In this document: positions 1 through 13,500 of the stretch, in pieces
How positions within the stretch are numbered: the stretch's first letter is position 1
Layout: each line of letters opens with the position of its first letter
From: Saccostrea cucullata
Taxonomy: Eukaryota
DNA: 64,000 bases
Assembly (NCBI RefSeq): GCF_032062105.1
Contig: NW_026921444.1
Span: 62,001-126,000 of the forward strand
Direction of reading: 5' to 3'
Notes under the pieces: model-generated
What the model was told of the DNA's origin: nothing
What the model saw: the letters and a program-made list of their open reading frames with translations, nothing else
Databases searched by the model: none
Made by a program: the position numbers and the translations under genes

Positions 1-1024
1 ATCTTTTAGTGAGGAAGAGATTATTCTAGGAGGATAAGTCACAGAGTTCATTTGATATGTTGATACTCCATAATTACCCATAAATCCTCATCATAAGGCC
101 TATAGCAAATCAGTTTTCTATTATCAACTGATAATAACTCATCATATTGTTTTTCATTAAGCTTCGTATGACATTGTGCTACATTAAATTTGGCAGAAAA
201 AGTAAGTCATATATTTTTTTTAGCCAATCAAGTTTCACCATATATATTACGACATATTATATTTTGCCAAGCTAATTTTTGCTTACGTCTGCTGATACTG
301 AAGAGTTACCATTGCCAACAATGCTATGGTGGGAGCAGCTCAAAGGCAAAGATACAAAATTACATGATCATCATTTTTTTTCCTTTTGGTAGTGGATTTG
401 CTTTGTTTAATATTGATATATTTCTGGTAAATATCAAACAATATTCACCACCAAGAGAGACCATTACTGAATGGTACTAAATGGTTTGCAACATTTAGCA
501 TTTTTTGCATGAAACTTACAAGAAATCTATAGTATGGTACTAGAGTCCAGGTACATTAAATAAATTGTATTGGTGGCAATGTGTCTCAGGGTCTAAATCT
601 ATATCCAAGTATTGTTGAATTTCTATATCTTAAACATTGATATCCTGAATTAGAATAACTATGAAGTGAGCTGAATTTTTTTTAACCTCAATATCTCAAA
701 CCCTTTGATTTCTGAAATATTTTCAATCCCATTGAATTTGAGTACTGAGATTAGACTGTAATTATATAAATTGCTTCAATAGCACTGCAGAATCATCAAT
801 ATTTGTGGGGGGCCAATGTTTGTGTACTGTATTTTGCGGGTCGCCCTTATCCATGAATCTACATTCCCATAAACAATTATTTTGTCAACATATTTATTTA
901 TTGTATCTTCTGTATATGATATGAGTTACCTACAATATAACATTCCCGACAAATCAACAAAATTTTGCCTACCCATGAACACCGACCCCCATGAATTAAA
1001 ATGATTCCACAGTAAGCCATTTGA

Positions 1025-2420
1025 AAACTAGAACTGTCCAATAGGGACAAATACCCCCCGCTGGGTTTTTCAGAGAAGGTGCCAATTCAAAAATACTTTA
1101 TGGATCTAGAGGTGTTCGCAATTTACTTACAAAAATTTGCAGTGAAATATAATTGCTCATTATGTTTCTTAATGAATGAAACAAAGGTGCAAACAAATGA
1201 AACATCAATACTAATACATTGTAATTCCATTGTAACATTATTTTTTTTACAATATTTATTATATTTATTTATATCTTATATCTTATATCTTATATTTATA
1301 TCTTATATCTTTATATAACTTCCCACACCAAACTCATTAATTTATCTTTAACTGGATGCATGTCCAGTCATTATTCCCAAGAGATAAATAAAATTACATT
1401 ATCTTCTGTGCAATGTAAAAAACTGTTTTTTAACACTTGATGATGTTTCTTTTTTTAAAGTTTATTTAATTTTTTTAAAGTTTATTTAATTTTTTTATTT
1501 CTGCATTAAAAAAATATATTGCAATTATGTGTTATGTCACTCTGCAAACTGATTGTTGAAAAAAAATCATATTATACAAAATCAAATTAATCTTGATAAC
1601 TTTATATCAAATTAAATTGAAAATAAAGAGCTGGTCATCCAGTAATGAAGTGCTTTGACAGACAATAAATTACAATTAAGAGAATAAGAGAAGAGAAATC
1701 TTTAATTCTTGTGACTGATTCCCAGGAGATTACACATGGTTGATAATAAGATGCCTTAATGTTCAACTTCCCACACCAAACTCATTAATTTATCTTTAAC
1801 TGGATGCATGTCCAGTCATTATTCCCAAGAGATAAATAAAATTACATTATCTTCTGTGCAATGTAAAAAACTGTTTTTTAACACTTGATGATGTTTCTTT
1901 TTTTAAAGTTTATATGAGTAGTTTTAAGCTGTAGTATTTTTGTACAGATATTCTAGATTCTATGTCTCAATTTTAAACCTTATACATGAGCCCAAAATGA
2001 ACAAGTCAATTAAAATAAAAAATAAAACCTGTAAAATGCAAAAAAAATGAACAAAAAGAGTTGAAAATTCCAATTGCACACCTTCATATGGTGAATAATA
2101 AGTGTACAAATTTTCAGATTAATCCTTGCAATAGTTTCTGAGAAACGGTCTGGACAAAACCACAAAATAAAAATGAAAAAACACCTGTAAAATTCAAAAT
2201 AATAATCGAATCAAGATGAAAATATCAGGTGCACAACTTCATATGGTGAATAATATTTGTACAAATTAACAGACAAATCCTTCCAATAGTTTCTGAGTAA
2301 TGGTCCGGACAAAATCTCGTCTACAGACAGACAGACAGACAGACAGACGGACAGACGGACAGACGGACATGATGATTCCAATATACCCCCCCTAAACTTC
2401 GTTTGCGGGGGGTATAAAAA
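1025..2420 (+). mobile_element. Non-autonomous Helentron/HINE-like element
   Basis: 5' aaactag...ataccccccgc; internal repeats; (ACAG)n/(ACGG)n microsatellite at about 2323-2368; 3' stem-loop ataccccccc...ggggggtat followed by an A-run. Confidence 0.75.
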
Positions 2421-3536
2421 AAGAAGAAAAAAAAACCCAGGATAAATTTCTTTACATCAAAAATTGATGAAATCTTCTATTTACCTTAGAACTATGTATA
2501 TATACCTGAATTTATTGATTAAATGAGTTAAAATTTCTGGTATATCTCCTAAATGCTGGTCGATGACTGCTTAATTGTGTGACAGGCACCTTGTCAGAGG
2601 GTCCAAACATATAAAACCCCTATCATATCAACAGTATATATTCTCAGAGAATGGGAGGAAATGCATTAGAAGATAAACAGTTCATTTCCTGACAATCGCT
2701 CCGCTAAAACCTTCCGATGTACGTTATAAGTATAAATCAATCACAGACAGTGGAGATGGTGACTTTCCACTTCTAATTTGACTCCTGGCGTAATCCGCTG
2801 GTTCAAGGGACTAATTAGAATGAATTCAATGTTAAGATGGAAAATTGGAATGTCTTCAAACCAAATGACTTTTGTTAGAAACTGATTAGAAATTTGATTT
2901 CCTACAGAATAATGTTTTCTAGTTTTTCTCTATATACCACTGAACAAATTGAATGAAATCTATTTCTTCTGGAAGCAGGCATTGCTTTCATTATCAGAAA
3001 ACACAAAATTTTCACTTTTTGTCAACTAAATTTATACTTTCTCAAAATGCTTTACTAATATATTGGCAAATGAGCAAAAATCTGTAATTTCTCTTTGAGG
3101 CTAGAGATTTGGATGTATACTCATGCATTTCAAAATTGAAAGAATGTGGTTTTTGTCTTAAATACAAAAAGCTGCATGGTTTTTCTGTAATAATGCCGCT
3201 ATGTCCTGAACATTTGAGCTTCATTATAGAAAAAATCTTACTCATTCATGTCAGAGCTGATAAAGGTCCACAAAGAATAACAATGGATGATGATCTGTTT
3301 GAAAATCAAAGTAAAATCCTATTGTCCTTTGGAACTACCTGATAACACGCAATTTCAGATCTCTCTACATGCAAATGTCATTCACCTTAAGCTAAGCTTC
3401 ATTTAAACGAAGCATGCACTTTTATTCAAATGGAAATATTCGCATTTTCTAGGACTGTGAAAAAATACGATAGATAGTGTGCAGCCTAAGGAGATACATT
3501 TATCAACATGCAATCATTATTTAAAGATTTTTATGA

Positions 3537-4460
3537 AAAATTTATCAAAGATAATGGGGTATATTGTTTTGGCTCTGTCCATCCATCAGAAAAATTTATC
3601 AAAGATAATGGGGTATATTGTTTTGGCTCTGTCCATCCATCTGTCTGTCTGTTTGCAAAAACTTTAACCTTGCCCATAACTTTTGAGTGGGTGAGGCTAT
3701 GGCTTTCACATTTCACAGGTGTATTCCTTGTGACAAAACCTTTCTTTGGATACCAATAAACTTGACCTCTTGACCTTGGAGTTTGACCCACTTTATTTTG
3801 CAAAAAATTACCAAACTTTAATTATGGCCATAATTTTTGAACAGTTGATGCTAGCTGGGTTTCATATTTCAAATGTATATTCATTTTGACAGAAACTTTC
3901 AATGGGTATTAATGTTTTTGAGCTTTGGCTGACTTAAGAGTTTGACCCACTTTTTAAAAATTTTGTAACCTTGGCCAAATCTGTTGAACACTTAATACTA
4001 GGCTTTATGTTTTACAGGTGTATTCCTGTGACAAGACCTTCTGTTGGAAACCAACGATTTTAACCTTTTGATCTTGACCTTGGGAGTCTGACCTACTTTT
4101 GAAAAAAAACTTTAACCTTGGTCATAACTTTTGAACATTTGGTGCTAAGGCTTTTATATTTCACTTGTATATTTTTCTTATAACAAGGTCTTCCCTTAGG
4201 TATCATTTATGTTTACTTTTTGACCTTGATCTTAAGAGTTTGACCCAATTTTAAAAAAAAACTTTAATCATGGTCATAAATATAAAAAGGCTAGTACTAG
4301 GGCTTTCATATTTCAAAAATATATTCACCTATACAAGTCCTTTGTATGGATATAGCAACATTTTTGATCTCTTGATCATGACCTTTGAGTTAGATTTTAA
4401 CCCTCACCAAAAGCTGCCACACAGGGGCATCAGTGTTTCACAAACACATCTTTTTTTTTC
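3537..4460 (-). mobile_element. Non-autonomous Helentron/HINE-like element (same family as 36610-38485)
   Basis: Reverse complement of the 5' end (ggggcatcagtgtttcacaaacacatct), degenerate internal repeats, ctgt microsatellite; about 53-bp tandem duplication at the 3' end. Confidence 0.7.
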
Positions 4461-4516
4461 TAATAGGTAAACATGGTAAAGAAACTGAGACGTTTGATTT
4501 AATTATTTTAACACAT

Positions 4517-4708
4517 GTCAGGGATGGGGCAAATAATGTTAAAAAATAATTAAATTACAATTACTTTTCCTACTTTTTGCCACTTAGATTACGATAACTT
4601 TTCCATGAAGTGGAAAAAAAATCAATTAGAATATACATCCATTTACTTTGAAAATGTAATTAATTATCATCAATGACAGTTAATTTTATCAATTACACCA
4701 TCCCTGAT
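4517..4708. mobile_element. Short MITE with TCAGGGATGG terminal inverted repeats
   Basis: tcagggatgg...ccatccctga flanked by the direct repeat acacat; internal aattac repeats. Confidence 0.55.
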
Positions 4709-5424
4709 ACACATATCCTCAAGACTGCAAAACAGTTTAACAAGTCATTTGTTCTCCTTCACTTAAGTATGCCACATACCAAAATAGGCACCACAGATAA
4801 CACTTATTTAGCAGTTTATTAATAGGTTACAGGGCTGAAAATGTAAACAACTTAAAAGTTGAATGCAAGAAAATGCAGGTCAATGTTTGACAACAGACAG
4901 AACAAATATAAATAGGCCACCTAACGATACAACAGAGGAACTTGCAGACATACAAACAAAGGTGTCAAACATAGGTAATGAAAGAAAAAGTGAGCTAGCT
5001 CACATAGCCACACAATTACCCAAAAAACTTGACGGTCCAAAAAACACATTATGAAAGGCACAATGCACTTTAAATACATAGTATAGATCAAAAAGGGCAA
5101 TAATTGCAAAAAAATGTCACATCAAAATCCACATCTGAAGACATTTAAATGTGGAGAGGGCTTATATAGGCTATAATGGAATCAAAATTTATGGCATTAT
5201 ACAAATCCAAACATTAATTTGAAGTGGTTGGGGGGGGGGGGAGAGTTTTCATCCCTTGATGCAAAATTTGTGCAAGTTTGGTTAATATAGGTGTATGTTG
5301 CAACAGTTTAAGAGTCCATAAGTGGTGCAGACAAACTGTTCATCCATGCAAATTTGCCAACAAAGGCTTAGTTGTTGAAAGTGTGGAAATGAAACCCACA
5401 CCAACAACTAACTAAATGTAGGTC

Positions 5425-6020
5425 AGAATTTCCTGGTAATATGCACATCTACACAATGTGTCCTAAATACCTGCAAAGTTTGACGAAATTCTGTGCAGCG
5501 GTTTATGAGGAGTTGCGCTGACAAACTGTTCATCTCCATATTCAAGGTATGGCCAAATGCCTAAGTTAAAAAGTTCAGAAATTCCGGAAAAATAAAGGAA
5601 TCTGGAATTTCCTGATGTAATATGCACATCATACACATTGTGTCCTAAATACCTGCAAAGTTTGACGAAATTCTGTGCAGCGGTTTATGAGGAGTTGTGC
5701 TGACAAACTGTTCATCTCTATATTCAAGGTATGGCCAAATGCCTAAGTTAAAAAGCCAGGAAATTGAAAAATAAAGGAATCGGAATTTCCTGGTAATATG
5801 CACATCTACACATTGTGTCCTAAATACCTGCAAAGTTTGACGAAATTCTGTGCAGCGGTTTATGAGGAGTTGCGCTGACAAACTGTTCATCTCTATATTC
5901 AAGGTATGGACAAATGCCTAAGTTAAAAAGTTCGGAAATTCCCGGAAAAATAAAGGAATCGGAATTTCCTGGTAATATGCACATCTACATATTGTGTCCT
6001 AAATATCTACAAAGTTTCGT
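5425..6020 (+). repeat. Tandem satellite array, about 178-bp unit, about 3.3 copies (degenerate copies extend to about 6620)
   Basis: tggtaatatgcacatctacac recurs at 5434, about 5613, 5791 and 5970. Confidence 0.85.
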
Positions 6021-7368
6021 GTTTAAATTTGTGAAAGCTACTTGAAATAATTGAAATATTTCTATATAAAATTTAATTATAAAACTTTGTAAAAAAAATA
6101 TATCGTTTTCATATTTTTATAAATTAAAGAAAAGAACACAGGTATGGCTACAAATGCATAAGTTAATTAAACTTGTGTAAATATCAAAATAAAAAAAAAA
6201 ATTCCATTCATAGGCCTATCCGTCGTGTGAACATACTTGTACCCTAGGAATATGCACATCAACACATTGTGTCGAAAATATTCACCATTACCGGGTGCAA
6301 AGTGTTTAAAATTTTTTATTGTTTGCAGATTTCGGTTTATGAGAAGTTGCTTTGGCTTTGTATATATACTTTTTATTTCGCATATATATTCAAGGTATGG
6401 CCAAATGCCTAAAAGTTAAAATTCAGAAATTCATGTTTCTGACATTTAAAATACAACGGAACAAGGTGTAGATTGTATTCATATATACACATCTAGACAT
6501 TGATGAAATAATTTTTTATCCATGCAATATATTTCGTAAATATCATATTTCAATTTGTTATAATTTTAATCGGCAAATAGCGCTGTGCACAAACTGTTAA
6601 ATTCTATAGATATCTTGGAAGACATATCGCCTAATATAAAAACAGCCGCTGAGATTGAAAGAAAATATTTTTTGAAGTCAAGTTTTAATTATCTACTCTA
6701 AATTATTTTTGAAATAAAATTTAACCAAAGTTTTTTTAAATGTGTATACAAGGTGGGTACATGAAAGTGTTTGACAAATGACCAGGCAATCGTTTTCAAA
6801 ACACACAAACTCAGACTATCAGGTAGCACGGGTAGCTGGCCTGTCAATCGAATCAGAAGCTTTTGTTTGTTTTTAACGATTGGCAGCCGGTAAATTTCAA
6901 ATCTTGAATCAGGTAGATTTTAGGGGCGTTAACGTAACATTGGGTGTTTAACCTTGTTTACTCATCTGTAACAATGTAGGTCAGATTCAGCATCCAAAAA
7001 GTGTGCAAAATTTATGCAATTTATCACCCACGCAGGGCTTATAGTTACTTGAAAATGAGACCTACACCAAAAACTGCACCAAAACTGTTCACCTGCTCCA
7101 AAAACATTAACCTGGTCCTTCCTTTGCTGAAATTACAGCATCTGAAACCTTGATGGTACAATGAAACACACTAGAAGCATCCTGCCTGCATGTCTAATCA
7201 ACATAGGGCACAGAAGTACTTAAAAAGAAAAAAGCTCCAAAAAACTGAACCTTAACCTGGGACGCTGAAGCCGACACTGAGGGTATCACATAAGCCCCAA
7301 CTTCGTTGAGGTGAGCTAAATACACTCCCAGGTTTTGGAAAAGAATTATGTACTATAATATAGTCTAC

Positions 7369-7535
7369 CTTTACTGGATATCCTGGAAGATTACCCATGA
7401 AGGATGTTGGATACGGATAATCCATCATGGCTAGGTAGGTAAAGGCATTTCTAATCCATCCCAGGAAGTGACGGTAGTCAGTCTTAGAAGTCATTGGCTT
7501 ACAAAGGCCAAATGTACTTGACAGCTGTTTAAGAC
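7369..7535 (-). CDS. DPP7: DPP7 coding exon 6 (LKQLSSTFGLCKP...DYPYPTSFMGNLPGYPVK)
   Basis: Acceptor ttgtag, donor AAG|gtagac, DYPYP motif. Confidence 0.92.
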
Positions 7536-10500
7536 CTACAACATTGATTTTTTTTAAAATTTAATTTCTTCATGCAATACAAGTTCTAATGACTAGTAAT
7601 GACCTTAAATCTCATTAAAGGGCTCTCTAGCTCTGAGGACAAGCCTGTCAATGAAATCACAAGCCATATACAGTAAAACACTGTTTACTATCTGGAAGAT
7701 ATAGCGAATTCACGGATATAGCAAGTTCTGGTAGCAAAATTCTTAACAAATCTTTGTAAAATTTTACGGTTATCCTAATATGCGAAGTTTGATATCAACA
7801 TATTTTGAGTCCCGTTGAGATTAAATATAATGAAATTTACATCATAAAAAACTTTAAACATTTTAAAAAAATTGAAAAATTGAATCAGATTTCATTTACT
7901 TGAAGCATGCATAGAATACAATTCATAATAAAACCTTAGATGTATCAAGATATGCATATTTGGTCATATTTCATCGTAAAACCTGAAGGAAAACATGCAT
8001 ATTGCGAATTCCCTATAACTGGTTAACCTGATTCATTCGGATATCCAGAAAATGTAGGTCAGATTCAGCACCTGAAGCAATTAGCCAGGTTATTTGCATC
8101 CATAGATGTATCATCCATGCATAAAAATTTGCAAATCCACATTTTGCTCACTTGTTAATTTTTTAATGAGAAGTGCACATTTATCACAAAAGTGTTTTAA
8201 TTTTTGATTTTCTTGAAACTTCCTAAAACTGTTATTTACAATTACCCACGTTTTTATATGTTTCTAAAATGTAATAAGTAGAATTACTGACATATGTGTC
8301 AACACTCCTAGCAATTTCATACATTCAGCAGAACTAATCCAATCTACCACAAATTACATGTGACAAAATATCTATATACAGTACCAAATTAGATTTGTAC
8401 CAAGTGTTGTCAGCTTCTGTTTTGTTCCATTATTAACAGCTATTTTAAATCATGTTCATGTTCTTTAATTATTCCCTATAACAGCTGCTTAGTTATAAGG
8501 CACCCATTTCTGTCATCAATAAATAACTAAAAGTAATATTAACGTACACGGAGAATCTTTTGTTGCACTACATACACAAATATAGACTTAATGGTCACAT
8601 AAAAACATAAGTAGGATTAAAATAGGAGAAAAAGCTCCAAAAAACTGAACCTTAACCTAAGGCAAAGACACAATTAACCGACAAGGGTATCAAATGAAAA
8701 TATTTAAGCAATTTTTCTGATACTTTGAATGACCTACATAAAAAATTAACTAGATTTTGGAAAAGAATTATTTACTAAATATAGTTCTATCCTTTACTGT
8801 GCAAGTTTATTATACAATGTTATATAAGGATGTTTTTTGGATACGCACCCATAACTTCCATCATGGCTAGGTAGGTAAAGGCATTTCTAATCCATCCCAG
8901 CAAGTCCATTAGTTTGCATCCTAAGATTTATTGGCTTACAAAGGCCATGTATGACAGCTGTTTAAGACCTACAAATTGATTTTTTAAAATTTAATTTCTG
9001 CATGCAAAAAACTAAATTTATAATGACCATCCACAATCTGTTAACAGACAGCATCTAAAGCAAGCCTTTATGCATCCTTATAAGTCTTATCCATGACAAG
9101 TTTGTCATTTGCATATAATCTAAATGAATCATGCATTACTTTAAAGACTGAACCGGAAAAAGTCAGACATCCATAAAAATTTAAAATCCTGCAAGTTTAG
9201 TCAACATAGGGCTTTAGTTACTTGGAAATGAAACCTGCACCAATTTTTTCATCACCGGAAAATGTAGGCACATTTATCGAAGCAAAAGTGTTTTGCAATT
9301 TTTCAACATAGGGCTTTAGTTACTTGGAAATGAAACCTTCCGAAAACTTTAATGTTCACTCAACCGGTTTTTAGGTCAGATTCAGCATGTAATGCCTAAA
9401 ATTATGCATCCATATATGTAACATCCATGCAAGTTTGGTCAACATTCTTATAGAACTAATCCAATCTATGAAAAACTTTAACCTGTTCACTGACAAAATA
9501 GGTCTAGCATACAAGCCCAATTAGCATCCTTAGATGTGTCATCCATGCAAGTTTGTCAACATAGGGCTTATAGTTACTTGGAAATTACACCAAAAACTGC
9601 AACAAAAATTTTAAACCTGTCCAAAAACATTAACCTGGTCATTCCCTGAAATTGCAGCATCTGAAACTTTGAATGGTGCAATGAAACACACTAGAACCAT
9701 CCTCCATGCATGTCTAATCCATATAGGACATAGAAGTAGTTAAAAAGAAAACTGCTCCAAAAAACTTTTGTTGCACGCCGATACACAAATATAGACTTAA
9801 TGGTCACCCCAACTTCGTTGAGGTTAGCTAATGAGAGGTACAGTTAAACACGCTTCTAATGAAGTGCAAGTGGTGGACAATTTCACATCATTATGAAAGT
9901 AATTCATTATATCCATAAAGTTAACATTATATTTCAAGGACATTGAGGAAATGAAAATCACTTCGTTATAAGTGTCAATTCATTATAAGCATGTTCGTTA
10001 CTACCATGTTTTGCTGTACTGGGTGATAATTCAAACACTAAGTCTATTTCCCAAAATATATATTTCTATTTTGATTGCTAATAAATCATTTATTTTAAAA
10101 TTTTAAGCAGAAATAAATAAATTTATTTAATTCAACACAAACAAGTATTTCCTAAAAGTATACTTTAAAGATGACTCAATGTTAAATTTATCATAAAATG
10201 AAGGGGGTGTGTCTAATATTTCCATACATTAGACTCCCTGACATTTTAGTACTGTGCACTATAGATGGGTGGCCTACATGTCTGCCTGCAGTGATTCATT
10301 TATAATTCAGGGACAAAGATGTGGACTACAGGCCAGGAACCTGCATATAATGTTACATAATTATCTATCTAACAAAAACATTGTGACTGCTTTATAGGGA
10401 ATAATCAATAGAACAATGAACTGAAGTATGGCAATTATCTACGATTCAAAGGATTTGATGTCATTGCCCTCATCAAATGGCATTCAAAAACATGCAAGCA

Positions 10501-13500
10501 ACAAGAGAGATATAAAGTCAAACTCTTACCTTCCGGTTTACGGGAAGTAATATCCATCTGTACAAATGCTGTTCTTACTCTGTCGACACATTTCGGAGAT
10601 ACTGCATTAAAATCCTACAAAAATAATCAACCAAATTTAGCATGCATAAGAAATCATTACCTAGATCAAATTTAAACAAAATTTGAAAAAAAAAAAAAAA
10701 AAAACTTAGGTAATTTTATTTTTTTTATTAAAAGTAGTACTATGAATAACTTTTTGTTCACAAGAGATTTTTGTGGAATTTCAAAGACTGTTAGACTGCT
10801 TTCGAAAATTTTGTTCTCACATATGTTATTATAAGTATAGATTATATCTACTAATAATCATAATCTTAGAAAATTTCCTGCTTTAAATTCAAATATTCTT
10901 TGTGAAATGGAAAGTATTAAATCTACAGTAATTAAATACACACAAAAAATGTATACATTTATATTTCTTGAACTTAACAGTGTTAAATTTATCTATTGTT
11001 GTATATGCCTGGGTAGGGGTTCACGGTGGAAGTCTATCTATTGAAATTGAAACACGTGCACCATCTGTCTAAACAGGAACATTTAAAAAATGAAATTGTA
11101 TACCGGTATACATTTTTTGTGCGTGATACGTATCGTGATACCACCTAAATACCAGTCTGTAGGTACATATTATAAAGTCCTGAAATTATTCATTTATTTG
11201 TTCAATCTTTAAAATAACAATTACAAAAAGAATAAAAAATTTGTAAAAACAGGAACATAATTGAGTTTATATAAATAAAAATTTTAAAAAAATGAATAAA
11301 TAACTTTTAAAATAAAAAAAACATTATCTAAACTCTGATCTCTACATCAAAAATCTGCTGGCCCTTTTAATTTACAGGAACTCCTTGGTATTGGAGAAAC
11401 ATTAGTCTATAGGTGGGGACAATGATGTGATAATAAATGCATATTACAGCACAACAGATTTTGTTATTAACAAGCTTATTCAGAGAATTTGTTGTTCTCC
11501 ATAAATAAAACAAAAGGCCTATGGGTCACATTGCTCATCTGAGCATATTGGCTAGAAAAAAAAAGCAGAAATGGTTTTGGTATTGCAAAGGTGCAATAGA
11601 TACATGTATGTATACAAAAAATCACAATGAACTTCCTCCTGTGGGAAAGAGAGGCCATATTCATTCAGCATCCGAAGCAGGTCTTAAAGTGTCCATCCCT
11701 AGATACATCATCCATGCTAATATTCATAAAATATAACTCATCTGGGAAATGTATATCAGATTCAACATCTGAAGCAAGTCTGAAAGTTTCCATACATAGT
11801 TGCAGCATCCATATAAGTATGGCCCAGGTAGGTCTTCTAGTTTTTTTGGGGAATGGACCTGCTCCAAAAACATATAACCTGGCTACACATCTTGAAAATG
11901 AAGGTCAGATACAGAATCTGAGGCAAGTCTGGTAGTGTCCATCCTTTGATGCGCATCAACCATGCAAGTTTAGTCCAGGTAGGGCTTAAAATTACTTAAC
12001 GAATGAAGCATATTTTAGCCTATTTTATACCATATAATATAACTTGGGGCAGTTTACGCTTTAGAAACCATGCAGCGGTTTATAAAAAGTGTAAACTGCC
12101 CCAAGTTATGTTATATCTTATATTCCTTATAATTAAATTTCATTGTGGACAATAAGACAATATTTCCTCAAAAAAATGGCTTCAAATTAAGTATATTTTA
12201 AAAGTAACATCACGCGAAGTAATACATTTTTGATGTAACTCATTGTGACATAGGTAACTTTTATTATACGATATACCCCGTTAAAAATTTTTTTTATTCC
12301 ATCAAATGATGTGTTACAGCTAAAATTAAATTATTTTAGAATGGACCTGCTCCAAAAACTTTAATCTGCTCACTCATCTGAAGAATGTAGGTTAGATCCA
12401 GAATCTACAGCAAGTCTGGTAGTTTCTTTCCCTAGATGCATCATCCATGCATGTTTGGTAAAGGTAACGCTTAGCCTTATAATGACCTGGAAATGGAAAT
12501 GCTCTTAAAACTATAACCGCATGGCTGCTGGAAGCCAAAGCTAATATAGAAGGTATAACATATAAGCTCATCTTGACTTTGTAAAGGTGAGCTAAAAAAT
12601 ATTACCTTAGTTACATCTTCCCAGAAAAAGTCTCTCTTTGAGTCAGCAGACAGGAGGTAAATGGGGGCACTTGCTGCAATGCTCCCTGCCACTAGATTTG
12701 GGTACTTAAATCTGATATAAGCACTTAACATCCCCCCATAGCTAAAAATAAAATAAAAATATTAAACATATGGAGATAGCGAACAGTATTCAAGATCAAA
12801 AGTCCATAAAACAATACAAAATTGGACCAGAGCAAACAAGACCTCCAAAACATGAGGTGCCAGGAATCAGGTGCCATGGAGGAGTGAGCATCCCAAATAT
12901 CATTCATTGATTTTAATTATAGTTTGGTTATCCAATTGTTTTTATTTAAAGAAAGTTATTAATGCTAGGAAAATCAATATTCTGATGAATTATAACATTA
13001 TTTGTGTTAAATAAATTGAATTGCTTTCCATTTTGCTTTAATGTTAACAGGAGATGAGTACGTAACTTATAATTACTGTTAACATATCTTCAATTTTTGG
13101 GATATTCAAATAGCTTTTCAAATTGGAAAAGCAACATCTCTGCATAATGAAAGAAATTTTCAAACCTTCCACCGAAGCTGATGACGGGACAGGAAGTAGC
13201 ATTCAATTCCTGTTTAAGAGTAGTCAACAAAACTGCATAATCCCCAAGGGCCTGTTCAATGCTCAGCAACCCAATATATGGATGAGAAAAACTCTGGTTC
13301 CCAAAGGGTAATGATTTCCCATAGAAACGCTGAAAAATGAAAGTCCAGGAACATTATATCAACATTTGTCTCATTCTCTCTCCATAATGTGTCTACCAGA
13401 CTTGACAATGTGTTAAGCCTGCAATTTTTGTGAACTGTCTAGATGTGACATGATATAACTTCCATCTAATTTGTTTTGAAATAACACATAAAAAATAGTG

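Noticed and set aside
281-360. Possible further DPP7 exon (minus-strand donor gtaagc near 286)
   Set aside because: No frame resembles the expected next DPP7 segments (CADPTGCG, WDYQACTE, NIIFSNG)
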